A DNA stretch of 64,000 bases from the human T2T-CHM13v2.0 reference genome, Homo sapiens, in assembly GCF_009914755.1 (NCBI RefSeq), contig NC_060933.1; one strand, 5' to 3'. A program made the position numbers and the translations under genes. Below, one piece after another: positions 1-13,817 of the stretch (its first letter is position 1; the number at the start of each line of letters is the position of its first letter). Under the pieces are notes generated by a model that was not told where the DNA came from, did no database searches, and saw only the letters and a program-made list of their open reading frames with translations.

Positions 1-324
1 CAAGGAAGAGAGAGCCCGGCACCACAGCAGGAGGGCCCAGCATCAGAGGGACCGGGGGAAGATCCAGAACCTCTGCGGTAGCCACCTCATCCGGTATACC
101 CGGGCTCCCGGGGCACTCACGGGCCAGCGTCCGACCAGACATCAGGGTGCAGAATGTGGCTGCATGGACCCTTCGTCTTGTAATGATGGCCCTTGATTTG
201 GGGTGGTTACATCCTCTAGGGGCACACCAGAACACTGCGTGTTTGCTTCTCTAGTCTACAAGGATTCTGTGTTCATTCCATTAACAGGGAATGGGCATTG
301 TATGAAAGATGGTTCAGCCATGAT

Positions 325-500
325 GAAAGTTTGGGAAATTCCAGTTAAATCTAACAAGTTTCTTGACTATAGGACTTCTTAGATGTTTAGTGCACGATGT
401 GGAATATGAATATCTAAGAAAGTAATGTATTATGAGGAGTTTCCCAATATTTCCACCCTCCATGGTTTGTAGCCTCTTTGGGAACTCATTTTTAGCACAC
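325..500. mobile_element. Degraded hAT-Charlie (Charlie4-like) DNA transposon remnant
   Basis: aaagtttgggaaattccagttaaatctaacaagtttcttgactataggacttctt resembles the recalled Charlie4a/4z consensus; heavily diverged. Confidence 0.4.
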
Positions 501-714
501 GGCCCTAAGCTATCTGGGGTATCATTTGTTAATGCAGCTCACAGGACTCCATTGAGTTAAATTAAAGCTATATTCAGGGCAGAAAAAGAGAAAGCAAACA
601 GTGCTTCAGACAGACAACAAGGCGTGGGGCAATCACACTTTTTCTCACCTGCTTCTTCATCAGAGCCATTCTGGGGGGAAAGACATAGACGTTTCTGCCC
701 CTAAAAAGCACTGA

Positions 715-1203
<489 letters not shown>

Positions 1204-1239
1204 AAAATAGCTTTTTCAAGTTTCCCTGCTCTATGATCA

Positions 1240-1390
1240 TGAATACTTGTCATAAGCTCTCATTTTGTTTTATACACTAGGATTAATGATAAGTAATTAG
1301 CAAGAGTTTTATGAGAACGAGAGTTAATATAGATGCTGAGCCCTCCCTGAAATGTCTTGCATATAGTTAAGTGTTCAGTTAATGTACTGA
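1240..1390 (+). mobile_element. MIR fragment
   Basis: ...ttgcatatagttaagtgttcagttaatg resembles the MIR 3' region. Confidence 0.4.
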
Positions 1391-1600
1391 TGTGGTAATA
1401 CAAGAATCATAATTGGTATCATTATCTCTGTTAAGATTTATTTCAAATTTCATAATGAATACTCAAAAAATATCCAGTGACTTGAGCTAGAAAAAAAGAA
1501 AAAAGTATTACATTAGAAAAATTTTTAAAGAATTGATTATATTATGTGTTGATTAAAGTCATATGATTTGAGAAAAATACTTTAGGATCAGAACAGAAAA

Positions 1601-2250
<650 letters not shown>

Positions 2251-3479
2251 GGAAATAAGCAATGTTTTCAGAGGAATAATGGCATTGCTTTGGCATGTGA
2301 TTAGTTAATAAATTGCCACCTGCTTCCATGGCCTGCTGCCATAATACAAAAGGCAGGAGGCCCCTGAAAACTGAAAGTGTACACTTCCTCATGCCCAGCC
2401 TTTCTAACTTCTATCACTTGGAACTCCTGGCAGAATGTGGAACTCCACATTCAGACTGTCGTGGAGTAGGAGTAGGAAGGGGCTAAAATGCTATCTCTCC
2501 CGTGCATTTCTGCTTGTGCTTTTCTGATCCCAGGACTCTGGAATTCCACATGCATGACCTCCAAGGGAAGGGGTGGGATGAATTAGTCCGAGCTTTAACA
2601 TTCCCAAATCCTCCTCAAATTAAAGCAGCTAAGTTTTCATTTGTTGTCTGTTTGAAGACCCTTCATGAAGTGTGGTCTGAGAATAAGAGCTCCATTACTT
2701 AAAACACATTAGAAATTGAGTGATCTACTCTTCAAAGTTTCCAGTGATGGAGTGTTGAAACGATGCAGCCAAGCCTAGGTGGTTTTATACCTGGTGAGCC
2801 ATAGCATGAACCTGTCTCCTGGACTCACCGACTCTCCGCTTTACCTCCTTTGAATTTGTAGCCTCTTCCCTTCTGCTAGGTGACAGGTGGCTATAGGTGC
2901 ACAAGGGGTAGGAAACATCAGGAAGGTGAAATTTCAGATCCTAAGCAATTCCGGAGAAAACCCTCTGTCCACTGATGGTGTTCACTTCCACAGTCTTGGC
3001 TATATGCCCCCGTGTTAGTGCCCCAGGCACAGAATTCGGCCGCTTGGCTGGTGGCATCTCCCTTGGAAGAAAACAAAAGGTTAGCATCAGGAGCTGTCCA
3101 GGGGCCCACAGCACCGCTTCCCCACTTCTCTCATGGTTCCAATTCGAATGAACCTTCACCCTCCGACAGTGCCCTTCTGTGTAAGTACGGCAGCCCTCAA
3201 GGTCTCTGATACAGAAATGCCCCTTGTTAAGTTAACAGGACTGTTGCATTGGGTCCACCTTTCTGCCACTCTGACCTTTAAGGTGACCATTTGAAGCTGC
3301 TTAAAAGCCTTCTGGGGTCTACTGGGGACGACAACTGTGGGTATGCAGTGATTAAAAACGCTGAAGCGTTGCTTACACACGCCTACCCTATGTTTCTACT
3401 AAGCATGTGGCTTGAACCTTCAAGGATGATCACATTTTGCTGCTGCTTCTACCTGGGGTGTCCTCTCCTTCCTTCACTC

Positions 3480-3890
3480 CTTGGGATAGATGGGATCATG
3501 GCACATAGACACCCAGTCTCCCGGTCTTCAGTGTGGAGTTCACATTCCTAATGCAGGGTCTTTCGGATTGGCCATGTGTCTACTTCGGCCAATGCAATGT
3601 GGGCCAAAAAGGCAGCCTGCCCGTCCTACACTGACGCCTGAAGAGGCATTGCAGGTTCTGGCTTGCCCTTTGGCATATTATACTATGCCTTCACAGTGGA
3701 AGGGTGCCTCATTGAGTCACTGATCCAAGGAGTGTGAGGCACAGAGAACACACCTGGGCACATGCCGTAGCCTCAAGGCACAGCCAGCAAACCACAGCCT
3801 ACTTACCGGCGAGAGAGGAATATAAATGCTTATTGTTGTAGGCCACTGAGTTTTATCCACAGCACTATTGTAGAACTAGCTCACTGATAT
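3480..3890 (+). mobile_element. Old MaLR LTR (MLT1H/I/J-like)
   Basis: ggccatgtgtctacttcggccaatgcaatgtggg and 3' end ataaatgcttattgttgtaggccactgagtttt...ctagctcactgata. Confidence 0.7.
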
Positions 3891-3919
3891 GTTTCTTCTC
3901 CTTAATAACCCTTCACGTT

Positions 3920-4235
3920 GGCCAGGCGCAGTGGCTCACGCATGTAATCCCAGCACTTTTGGAGGCCGAGGTGGGTAGATCACTTGAGGTCAGGGGTTCA
4001 AGACCAGCCTGGGCAACATGGTGAAACCCCATCTCTACTAAAAATACAAAAAAAGTAGCCAGGCGTGGTGGTGCATGCCTGTAATCCCAGCTACTCGGGA
4101 AGCTGAGGCACAAAGAATTGCTTGAACCTGGGAGGCAGAGGTTGCAGTGAGCTGAGATTGTGCCACTGCACTCCAGCCTGGGCAGCAGAGTGAGACTCCA
4201 TCTCAAAATAAATAAATAGATAAATAAAAATAAAA
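3920..4235 (+). mobile_element. AluS (Sx/Sz-like)
   Basis: ggccaggcgcagtggctcacg...gaggttgcagtgagctgagattgtgccactgcac, (taaa)n tail, TSD aataacccttca(c/t)gt. Confidence 0.96.
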
Positions 4236-4914
4236 TAACCCTTCATGTCCCGAGGGGAAGGGTGCTCTGTCTGCTGTGGGTGCTCATCACACTGTGTTCC
4301 GTTTACAGTTGGCATGCACCTATCTTCTAGGATGGAGCTCTATGAGGAGAGAGACCCTACTATTCACTTTTCTATTTCCAGGCCACTGCAGAGACTGTCT
4401 CATGGTAGGTCTTAGATACATGGTGTGTAATGCATGATAGTATAAATTAATCAGCGCCTCTCAATACTTTTGTCTTTCTTCCTTTGTTTGTTTTAGTCGT
4501 TTAAGATTGAACAACATGGTGCCTTTGCCAGAAGTTAACAGGAAACCCAAAAGGAGATGAGCCAGACTGGTTAGTTCAGAAGAGAATCGTTGGGGAAGAC
4601 AATGGGAGCTGCTGTTTGAATGTGGCCCTGAGATTATTTGTGCTTTTCAATCCCATGTTACCAAAACACATTTCAAGCTGGCCTATAAATCACACCTTGT
4701 GCATAATTTTAAGTGGATAAATATTTGTCGCCCAAGTGAATGATGCTTCCAGCTTTCAAAAAATTGTATTAAGTGTGGTTATTATTATAATGGTATGAAT
4801 GTTTACTCTCATTGCCTTGGCTGTGCAGATCCAATACAGTTTCTTTTTAAAATAGAAGATTTCATCTTCTTCATTGACTCCCATCTCACCAGGTAAAGAG
4901 GAGATAGGAGTCCA

Positions 4915-5300
4915 TCCTCTCAGTTCAGGTTCTTCAGAAAAAGGCTCAATGACAAGATTGTGAGTGCAAGTAGTTTCTTTGCAAGATCATCCTGGGAAGC
5001 TGCAATGGGAAAGCAGGCAGTAAAATATGTGTTAGCAAGAACTTTAAGCACCGTGGGCAACTGGAGCCCAACCCCACTGGGGAGCTTTGGAAGACAGTAT
5101 AGAACATGCCTTAGAATGATCCTTCCTGAGGTGAGGAGCTGGGGTATGAATACACCCATCCCACTCTCCCACTGTCAGTAGCCGAGGGCTGCTCCCGCAG
5201 GGTGTTGATTTTCTGGTACTTTCTGACCTGCTCCACACATGGCTGGAGTGGGCTCTGGCTAGGAGTGGAAGAGGATCTAAGATGATCTGAGCAGGCTGCT
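4915..5300 (-). mobile_element. ERVL LTR16 (LTR16C/E-like) solo LTR
   Basis: gacaagattgtgagtgcaagtagttt...tgggcaactggagcccaaccccactgggga...agaacatgccttagaa matches the reverse complement of LTR16. Confidence 0.75.
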
Positions 5301-6420
5301 GCAGAGTCAGCTATACTCAGACATCACATTGCATGTTTAACATGTCGCTGTCTCTTTAGATTTGAATCCTATTGTTTTGGTGGTATGGTCTCTTTTTTGC
5401 AAGTGCTCTGCCTTTTAGATTCCCTTCGTCCCCTTTCCCCTGTCCAATATGAAAGCAAGCCACCAGAGGAGCTTTCTCAGCCTCCTAGTGGGAGAGGAAT
5501 GGGCATCAGATCTTGTCTCTCTTCTTCTGTGGCTGATCCATGGCTTGTATCTGGTGAAGTGTGATGCATTCCCACAGGCTTCCTGGGGGGTGTGTTCACA
5601 CTTCTCACTGGGGGTCTTGAGTGTCACTCTTTGACCTCTGGTATCTACACCCACAAGCTCCTTTGGCTCCTTGTGTCACTCATAGCTGACTGAGCAGCAC
5701 CCTGGGGTTCCACATGGAAATGGGAGACAGTTCCTTTGTTTTGAGCTTTCTGTTTCAATGTCTGCTGTGCCTTCTCACATCCCTGACTTCACCACATGGA
5801 GGAATGGCAGGGTACATATGGTTCTCTGCTTGATTTCCTTTCTCTCTCTTTCTCTCGCTCTCACTTCAAGGAGATCTGAAGGGATAGATTCTATCATGTC
5901 CTTCTCTCTCCAGCCCTGGATAATGCTAAACTTAATGTCTTATTGTCCAGGCCTGGATCTTAGCAGAAACAGAAAAAAAAAATAGAAAATCCTTGACTTA
6001 TAAAACAACTGTTTTGCTGCAGATTAAAAAATCATGTTCTAGATGTCAGAATATAATATGGAATCTTTCTTCATATTCATAGAGTAGCAAACCTAAATAT
6101 CCCTGAAGCAATTGAATGCCACCAACATAGTAAGAAGAAGGTCAGTATAAACAAATGCAAAAGAGAAAAGGACATCAATATATTTCAACAATATTGTCCC
6201 CATTTCATTATAGCCTCTCTACATTTTTTTTTGAAAAACAAGACTAAGGTCAGAAAAAATTTCAATCAGTCTTGTTAATTCTCTTTTTGTTTTTTTCCGT
6301 CCATTCTTTGAGCTTTCTCTAAGTTCAATTTTGAAATAACATGTACCAGTCACAATGCTATCATCTTTAAGGAAGACAAAACCAATTCAGACTGATCTAA
6401 AAAGGACCTTGTAGCCTCCA

Positions 6421-8260
6421 CAGTGCCAACTTGGAGATGACCCTGACCAAGGCTGGGGCACCGTCCTCCAGGATACAGTATACACCCTTCCTCCAGAATC
6501 TTCTTATAGACCTGCCCTTCTACTCCCAAAGTCGTAGAACATATTTTTGGGAACCAAGAGGTGGAAGTAGGAATGAATCTGCTTACATCCCTCCTTGGGG
6601 GGACTTATCAACACTGGTGGGCAGAGATTCTCCCAGTGGTTGGAGTTTTCAGTAGCTCACTTGGAAATCTTTGTGTGAAGAAAGAAGAAGTTCGATGTAA
6701 GACTATACTTGAATTTATGGGTAATGTGTGATTTGGCTTGGGAGTCTTAAGGGAGATGGGTTAGGAGAGTGGGAAAGAGGTGGTCTGGGGAGAAGGCATG
6801 GATGGGTCTATGGAGGTGGGCATGAAGTGTGAAAATCTCTGTATCTTATGATAACACCCACCAGAGAGCAATTGCCATGTAGGAGGAACCAAACGACGAG
6901 CTGGACAGAAGGACAAGCCAGGTGGCATCAGCCAGCCTCTGATACTGGCGACCCCAGTGCTGGCATGCAAGGTACATGCAGGTAGTAGCCATGGTGCTAG
7001 GGATGGGGCTTATGCGTGAGCCTTGTGGAAGGCATCCACTCCCCAGGGCTGACCAGCTCCTGTCTCTGTGAAACATCCGCCTGATGCTGGAACATGGCAC
7101 CGTCCCTCAAGTAGGCCAACCAATCATCGGGTGTCAAGTTGCTTACATTTGGATCCCTTTCCTAGAAGAAAAGAGATCTTTCTTGACTGAAATTGATTTA
7201 TATTCTAGTTATGGGTTTGATGTTCCTGCATGTGCACCTTTGCCAGAATGAAAATCTGATGACCTGCAGGAAACACTATGCAGCATCCTCTCAGACCAAG
7301 GGACACCCTTATAGCAAAAGTGGTACAGCAGCAGGCACACGCACCTAGGTCCTCTGGTTCTCACCTCCCACGTTGCCCAGAAGCTGCTGACATGAAGGCC
7401 CAGTTATACAGACTAGAGGAGGCCCAGAGCAGTGCCAGCTTAGAGATGAGCCTGGGCAAGGCCAGGGCACCATCCTTCAGAATGCAGAATACACCCCGCA
7501 TCCAGCATCACTTTATGGAGCTGCATCCCCCCAACCCTGAGTAGCAGGACGCAGGTCTAGGATCCAAGAAGTGGAAGTATGCATGGATCTGCTTACATCC
7601 CTCCCCAGACCTATTTGTGGAATAAGTTCTGTTTCCCCTCCCAGCAATTTAAGGTTCTATGGATCTAGAGATGTTCTTCCCAAAGGGGGAATGCTTCCAT
7701 CAGGGGTCACAGCAAGAATCCATGAAGCTTAAACTTTGCTTAAACTTCTGAGGTTTTCATCCAACAAAGTAGGAGGCAGAAGAGGAGTCCGTTTCCTGGA
7801 GGGGGCCACAGGCTCTGACTGCCAGAGAAGAGAGGGCTGCCTCACACGACAGGGGCAGGGAGGAAAATGTTTGGCACTCAGGGGATCCCCAGGCACCACT
7901 TGGTGTTCCCTTGCCTCATTTTGATGGCAAATAAACAAGCACTGCAGCCAGAGTCTGAGAAGTGCTTGGTAAATAGAACCTCAGACTTCAGGAAAGAGGA
8001 TGTGGGTCACCACATTAGGAGGGCCACAGGGACCAGCTCTCAGCAGACCAAGAGCAAGGAGAACATACAATGGCTAGTGGACGAGGGAGCTGAGAAGCAT
8101 CAGTGGGGAGAGGAGTTGCAGTGGCTGCAGCCATGATTCTTTCCACTAAATCTCTTGGTTGTTTCCTCAGGAAGAAGATAGACAAAAACACCAGAGGAGC
8201 TGCTCCCAGATGGAGTGGACTTGCCATACAAAGCAAGAGAGTCCCAGCAGGGCAGGGATC
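6421..8260 (+). mobile_element. Decayed ERVL-class internal region (ERV3-16A3-like): RNase H, integrase, dUTPase remnants and polypurine tract; no intact ORF
   Basis: 6620-6850 resembles ERVL RNase H; 7090-7400 resembles the integrase core (WQVDYIG / GIDTYSGYG / SDQGTHF / HPEAAG-type segments); 7660-7740 resembles the dUTPase start; purine tract gggcaggga directly before LTR16A. Confidence 0.8.
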
Positions 8261-8646
8261 TGTAGTGGATGGTGATGCAGCACCCAGGAAACCTCATCAG
8301 GATGTAGCTACTCCTTCTCCCACTGCGGGTGGTACCAGCTGCTGAAGGCTCACAGCTGAGACTCTCTAAGGAAAGGGGACACATAGCCCAGGTGATGCCC
8401 ACTCTCCAGGGACAGCCTGCACCAGTGACTAGACGCAGGAGGAAGATGCCCACTGCCTGGCTTCTATTTGTGATGGCCTCTGAAGGGCTATCTCAGATCC
8501 ACTGCTGCCTTTGGGGGAATGGAGGTCCTTGTGGAGACCACATTCCACCTGAAATGCCTCTGCCCAATCCTGCTTTCCTGACTTATGGTTGTTGTTCCCA
8601 AGAAAACACCCTCATAAATCATTTCCAGGGAACCCAACTGAAGCCA
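8261..8646 (+). mobile_element. LTR16A, 3' LTR of the ERVL remnant
   Basis: tgtagtggat...gctgctgaaggctcacagctgag...ctctgaagggctatctcag...cctctgcccaatcctgcttt...cagggaacccaactgaagcca. Confidence 0.85.
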
Positions 8647-11139
8647 TAAATCCCTCCAGAAAAAAATCTCCAAGGGGAGTCTCCCTGCAACTCATGGGAT
8701 TGAATTGGGCCCTATGACCATCCCTTAATCAATGACCCACAAAGAAAGTGAATTTTCATGCTGTCATCTGCCGGAATGTTGGGAAGTCCGTGACCAGCAC
8801 ATTGACCTCTCCAGCGACGCCCCCAGAGCTGCAGCATCACAGGAGTGGGATGGACCGTGTCTGCTCCTCTGGATCTTTTGTGGCACTGAGCAGGGGAATG
8901 CATTGCATGCCATCCTGGGCACCCGCTTCCCAGAGGAACAGAGCAGCTGCTTCTGGTCAATGTCTACCATGAGGCTTGCATCTGCCAGGCCCCTGTGCAT
9001 GCGAACCAAAGCATGTACGTGTGTGCATATTTAAACTTCTCAAGGTTAGAGTCACTCTGTGTAAGAATAAACCTCAAATATTTAATGCTTGTCTTTAAAA
9101 AATTAAAAAGAAAAAAGAATTCAGGACTTGGGGCTTCTTAAAGAACTTTAACAAGATAAAGTTCTCAATGAAAACTTTAGTGTCATGACAGAATTTTAAA
9201 AGCACAAAGCTGGAGGAGTTGCTGTTGCTTATGGTGCAGCAAAAGCCCCACTCTGTGTACTCTGAAACTTTAGTTCAGAGGATGTAGCAGGAGTTTTAGA
9301 AAAGTAAAAGGTGAGTATGTGTGGTCAAATACGTTAGATCATGCTGAATAACAAGGATAAATAGGCTTCTTTGCTTGGGTCCTCCGAGAGCATCTTCCCC
9401 CCATATTTCACAAACAGCCTGGGAGAAGCTGCCCGCATGACCTCGGAGAACCTCTTAGAATGAAGGTTGTATTTCCTTCTTATTTGCACGTGGACTGGTG
9501 CAGGCTGTTCCTGTGGTACTCACTGCAGTGCCCAGCATGCCAGCTGTCATGTCATGTCATGTCCTCATGCGATTAGAAGAATTCCAGTGTTACACAAACA
9601 TGTATGGAATATTTCCTGTCACTGAACAAGTTTTCTGCTCTAGGGGTTTGTTTCTCTTTCTGAGTCAGGAATCAGAATTCAAAGATTGTTCATTGAATTG
9701 TCTGCCCACTGGTATCTGCTACGAAGGAAAGGAGAAATGGGTCTGAGTCATGTGAGGCATCACGACTTCTGTCAACTTTATTTTATTAACCTTGAAAACC
9801 GAGCTCTCACATGTCAGTAATAAACTTTTCCCTGAATGTTTACCAGAACCTCTATTTTAGGCTTGTCCTGTTTGTTTCTTGTCAGCATATTCTATCAGGA
9901 ATATTCATAGTAATCTGGTCAGTACCTAAGAAAATCAACAGCAGATTATTTAGAAAACCCTCAAAGGTCTAGGGATGTTGTGTTTATTCAACATGTAGAT
10001 CCAAATGATAAGGAATGCCTGATTAACTGTGGACATTATCATTAAATGAAATAAAAACTGAATTATGCACAGTTTTCTGGAGGTCTTGATTCATTTGATT
10101 ATCTTCTGATATTTTCTGTTGCTTTTTGTGGTTTTGTGAGTTGTTGCAGGTTTTGATGGCTTAGGTAAGCAAGGGAATGGAGGTGCTACCCAGCAGTGAG
10201 ATTGTATGGAGATCATTGGGAGGACAGGAAAACAGCCTGCCATGGTAGGTGTGCACGATTAAAATTAGGTCCAGAGTAATCTGGAAATAAGACAGCCTTG
10301 GAGGAAAAGGAAATCCAGTTTTCTGTTGAAGCTGCTCATTGAACCCCCGACGAGGTCACGGAAATAGCCCCTAAGAACACACGAGGCTCCATAATCGGTG
10401 CTAACATCTTATGACTTGCAAATGCACTGTGTTCTAGGATGCATAACAGGTTCTTCTCAGATCTCAACTCAGGACACTATTTCAAGAAAAGTCTCGTTAC
10501 TCTTCTGTCAAGGACCCGCGGCGAGACTCCCGTGTGCCGCATGCTGCTGGGTCTCCATCCTGCTGGCAGCTAGTGTTGACCTAAACCTGCATGCAGGGGT
10601 TCTGCTGGGGTGAAAATGGAATAAGCTGCTTCCTTCCTCATGGGCAGGGAATGCACAGTGCCTGGTAAGCAGAGAGAGTTACTTGTTTAAAATTTCACTG
10701 TGCTGAAAGAGCTAGTACCAACACAAAAATCACAAAACACAAACCGGTTAAGTACAGAATGTCTCTCTCTGGGCATTCACTCTCAGAACAAAACAACATT
10801 GATGGAAATAGCCAAGAAGGAAGGGTGAAATATTTGCAAGCAGACAGGCATGAGGGCTTGAAGATATATTTAGGCTTCAGCTCCACCTTGCCTGGAAAAT
10901 TTCTCAGTTACAGTAAACGAGTAGGGGACACAGCACCTGGATGACCAGGTTCTGAGAGTCAGCAACGGCTCAGTGCTGGGACATGTGGGCAGACCCACTG
11001 CCCCTGTAAACTCCTGTCTTCACCATGAGCATCTGCAATCCAGCAAGACCTGGTGACCCTCATGCCTGCACACCATGTTCTGTAACCTGGATTTCCAAAG
11101 GAGACCATGATTTCATTTAAATGTTTTTCCCCCACATAT

Positions 11140-11185
11140 TTTTCCCTACAACCTTTTACAAATTTTCCCTACAACCTTTTACAAA
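11140..11185. repeat. Perfect 23-bp tandem duplication
   Basis: ttttccctacaaccttttacaaa x2. Confidence 0.95.
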
Positions 11186-11387
11186 GATGGTTCTGGAATC
11201 AAAAGCCAATTGATAGGCTTAGTAGAATTCTATCCTAAGATTTTACTGAACCAGACAGACTTTTCTTTAATAATGCCTGCCTAGCTGGCCTGAGTCCTGG
11301 GGATAAATTGTGAATTAAGTGTCACCATGTAGATAAAGATGCACAGCATCAGATAACTTCAGAGTAGTGCTACCGGACTGTGCCTTC

Positions 11388-11781
11388 ATCTCATAGACTG
11401 AATGTTGTATCCTCCCAAAATTCATATGTGGAAGCTTGAACCCCCAGTGTGGCTGTATTTGGATGCAGGGCCTTTACAGAAGTAAATAAGGTTAAATGAG
11501 GTTATAAGGGTGAGGCCCTGATCCAATAGGATTAGTGTCCTTGTAAGAGACACCAGAAGGCTTCCCCCACCTCTTCCTCCATACACAAAGAAGAGATCAC
11601 ATGAGCATGCAGGGAGGCTGTGGCCACCTACAAGCCAAGGGCAGAAACCTCAGAATGAGATCTACCTTGCTGGCACCTTGATCTTGGATGTCCAGCCTCT
11701 AGAACTGTGGGAGATACATTGCGGTGTCTACGCCACCCAGTCCATGGTATTTTGTGCTGGCAGCCTGAGCTTACTCACACA
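11388..11781 (+). mobile_element. MaLR solo LTR (MLT1A-like)
   Basis: catagactgaatgttgtatcctcccaaaattcatatgt...ggcaccttgatcttggatgtccagcctctagaactgtg...gccacccagtccatggtattttgt. Confidence 0.9.
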
Positions 11782-11842
11782 CTGCATGAGTAAGCATACG
11801 TCTCCACTAGGTGTCTGCAGTACTAGTGATAACTGTAAGAAC

Positions 11843-11908
11843 TTAGATTCACCATGCAGTAATGACTTGCTGAGTTTAGATTTGCCATCCAGTGATGACT
11901 TGCTGTGT
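11843..11908. repeat. Imperfect 33-bp tandem duplication
   Basis: ttagattcaccatgcagtaatgacttgctgagt / ttagatttgccatccagtgatgacttgctgtgt. Confidence 0.85.
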
Positions 11909-13661
11909 GCCTGGCCCTGTTAAACACTCTAATCTGTATTTGTTTCTCCTTTTGCTGTGGGACATTTTCCTTCCATGTTCTTGCTGAGCCCTGGTCTGCA
12001 GTCTGTAGGGAATCTTGCACATCAACATGAAGACAATGTGCTATGCTCAGACAGGCTGATGTGGCATTGCTTTGTTGAAGCCATAACAAAAAACTGGGCT
12101 GCAGTCTCAGTTTTACATGTTTCATTTCCCTTTGGATTCATATAAATTTGACAGATTGTATTTCTGTGTCATCCCAGCACTGGGGGTCATGTGACAATCC
12201 TTTGGGTAAAAGTTGATCATGTAAACTTCCTGGGTTCACAGCCCAACCACAATATCTTTGGAATGAAGCTGTCCCAGCAGCAAGTTTATAAAATGGTCAC
12301 TTATGGCATGGGACTTGTGGGGACAGGGGAAGAAAACCCCATCTAGAGACCTTGCTCCCAGTGATTTCTCTTCTCTCTTTAACCACTTCACTCATTTGAG
12401 TCTAGAAGGTTCTGGAAGATTCTGCCTTGAGTAAGTGATACCTCGACTCACTCTCTGCTTCCATTCAGTGGAAAGCTGAGTGGTCGCTGGGAACAAGCTA
12501 CTGCCACATGGGCCATGGGATAGGTGCCTTGACAGGACCAGGGCTTCGAAGAGCGGGGTCAGAGGTGAGGGAAGAAAGGAGGGCAACCCTCTACCACCTA
12601 TTTTGGTGGGATTCAGATTGGGACTGACCCTCCCTTCACCTTCTTGGTGGCAGCCCACCATGGGGCCAAGGGCTGTGTTCCTCTCTGCTCAAATCCCTCC
12701 CTCGTTTCCTCTTTCTTTGTCCTCCTATTTCAGTTCACACCAGCAAATACACTGCTCAGACTGTTCATGTGGCTATGGGACTGAGGGCTGAGGGTAGAGC
12801 TAGAGATTCTGTTTTGACCCCAGGTGTGTTTGACCCATCAGGTTGGCCAAGCCAACTTTGCCAATTGGCGAGGTGAAAGCCAGCACACCGTCCCCCTCCT
12901 GGCAGCCCAAAGTCAAGGCATCCTTTGCAGTTCAAGCAAGAAAGCAGAGAATCCTTCAGTCCTCAGTGTGGGACCAGCACTCCCCACTCCACAGCTGCGA
13001 AGGGACGCAGTCTGCATTGTTCAGGTAGCTAGACCTACAGCATCACTTTTTCAGGGTATCATGCATAGCAGTCACATCTCTCTACAGGAAATGTAAACCC
13101 ACGGCCCATTAGGAGGGTGTTCTCCTGTGTAGACACAACACTGCCAAGAATTTTGCCAGGCGTGGCCTGATCTACAAAGTAGCGTCAATCTGCAGGAAGG
13201 AGCTCTTAATATTTGAGCAACAAGCAGCTAATTTCCCCTTTCTTTTCTAAACACAGTTTGAGTGAGGGTGTGATGATTTGGAAGAAACCCAGGTAAGCAT
13301 GACCTTATTTAAGAAGACAAGTTTGATAGTCAAAGTCCCAACCCTGAGTGCTTCAAAAATGAGAGAAAGATCTGTGTTCCAGTCCAGATCTGCGACTAAC
13401 TTATATGTTAAGTTTGCTTGGCAATTGAACTGGTACCTTTTCTCCCCTCGATTTACACTAGATAGGCCTTAAATGTGGAGTCTAGAAAATGAGAAACAAA
13501 AGAGTGATGCCAAAAGCCATTATTAATGACAATAGAAATTTTCTGTAGGAAATAGGCATCTCCCCTTCATTCTCATACCATCCATCATTTTTCCTTGAAA
13601 AGCTATTCCCCCCTCCCTTCCTCCCAACCACTCTGCTTCCTTCTATCCTCCTTTCTTGTCT

Positions 13662-13769
13662 TTCTTTTTCACTTCCACCTTTTATTCAGCCAGTATTTCT
13701 CACGTGTCAGTGTTGTTCTTTTTCACTTCCACCTTTTATTCAGCCAGTATTTCTCACGTGTCAGTGTTG
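13662..13769. repeat. Perfect 54-bp tandem duplication (within a probable antisense L2 tail)
   Basis: ttctttttcacttccaccttttattcagccagtatttctcacgtgtcagtgttg x2. Confidence 0.97.
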
Positions 13770-13817
13770 TGCTAGGCTTCAGAGGAACAACCAGAAAGGC
13801 ATGCGTGTTCTGTCCTT

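Noticed and set aside
1-140. CpG island / promoter
   Set aside because: CpG-enriched but too short within the window to call; may continue beyond the left edge
3801-3810. Strong minus-strand donor CCG|GTAAGT in MLT1
   Set aside because: No convincing upstream acceptor or promoter to define an exon
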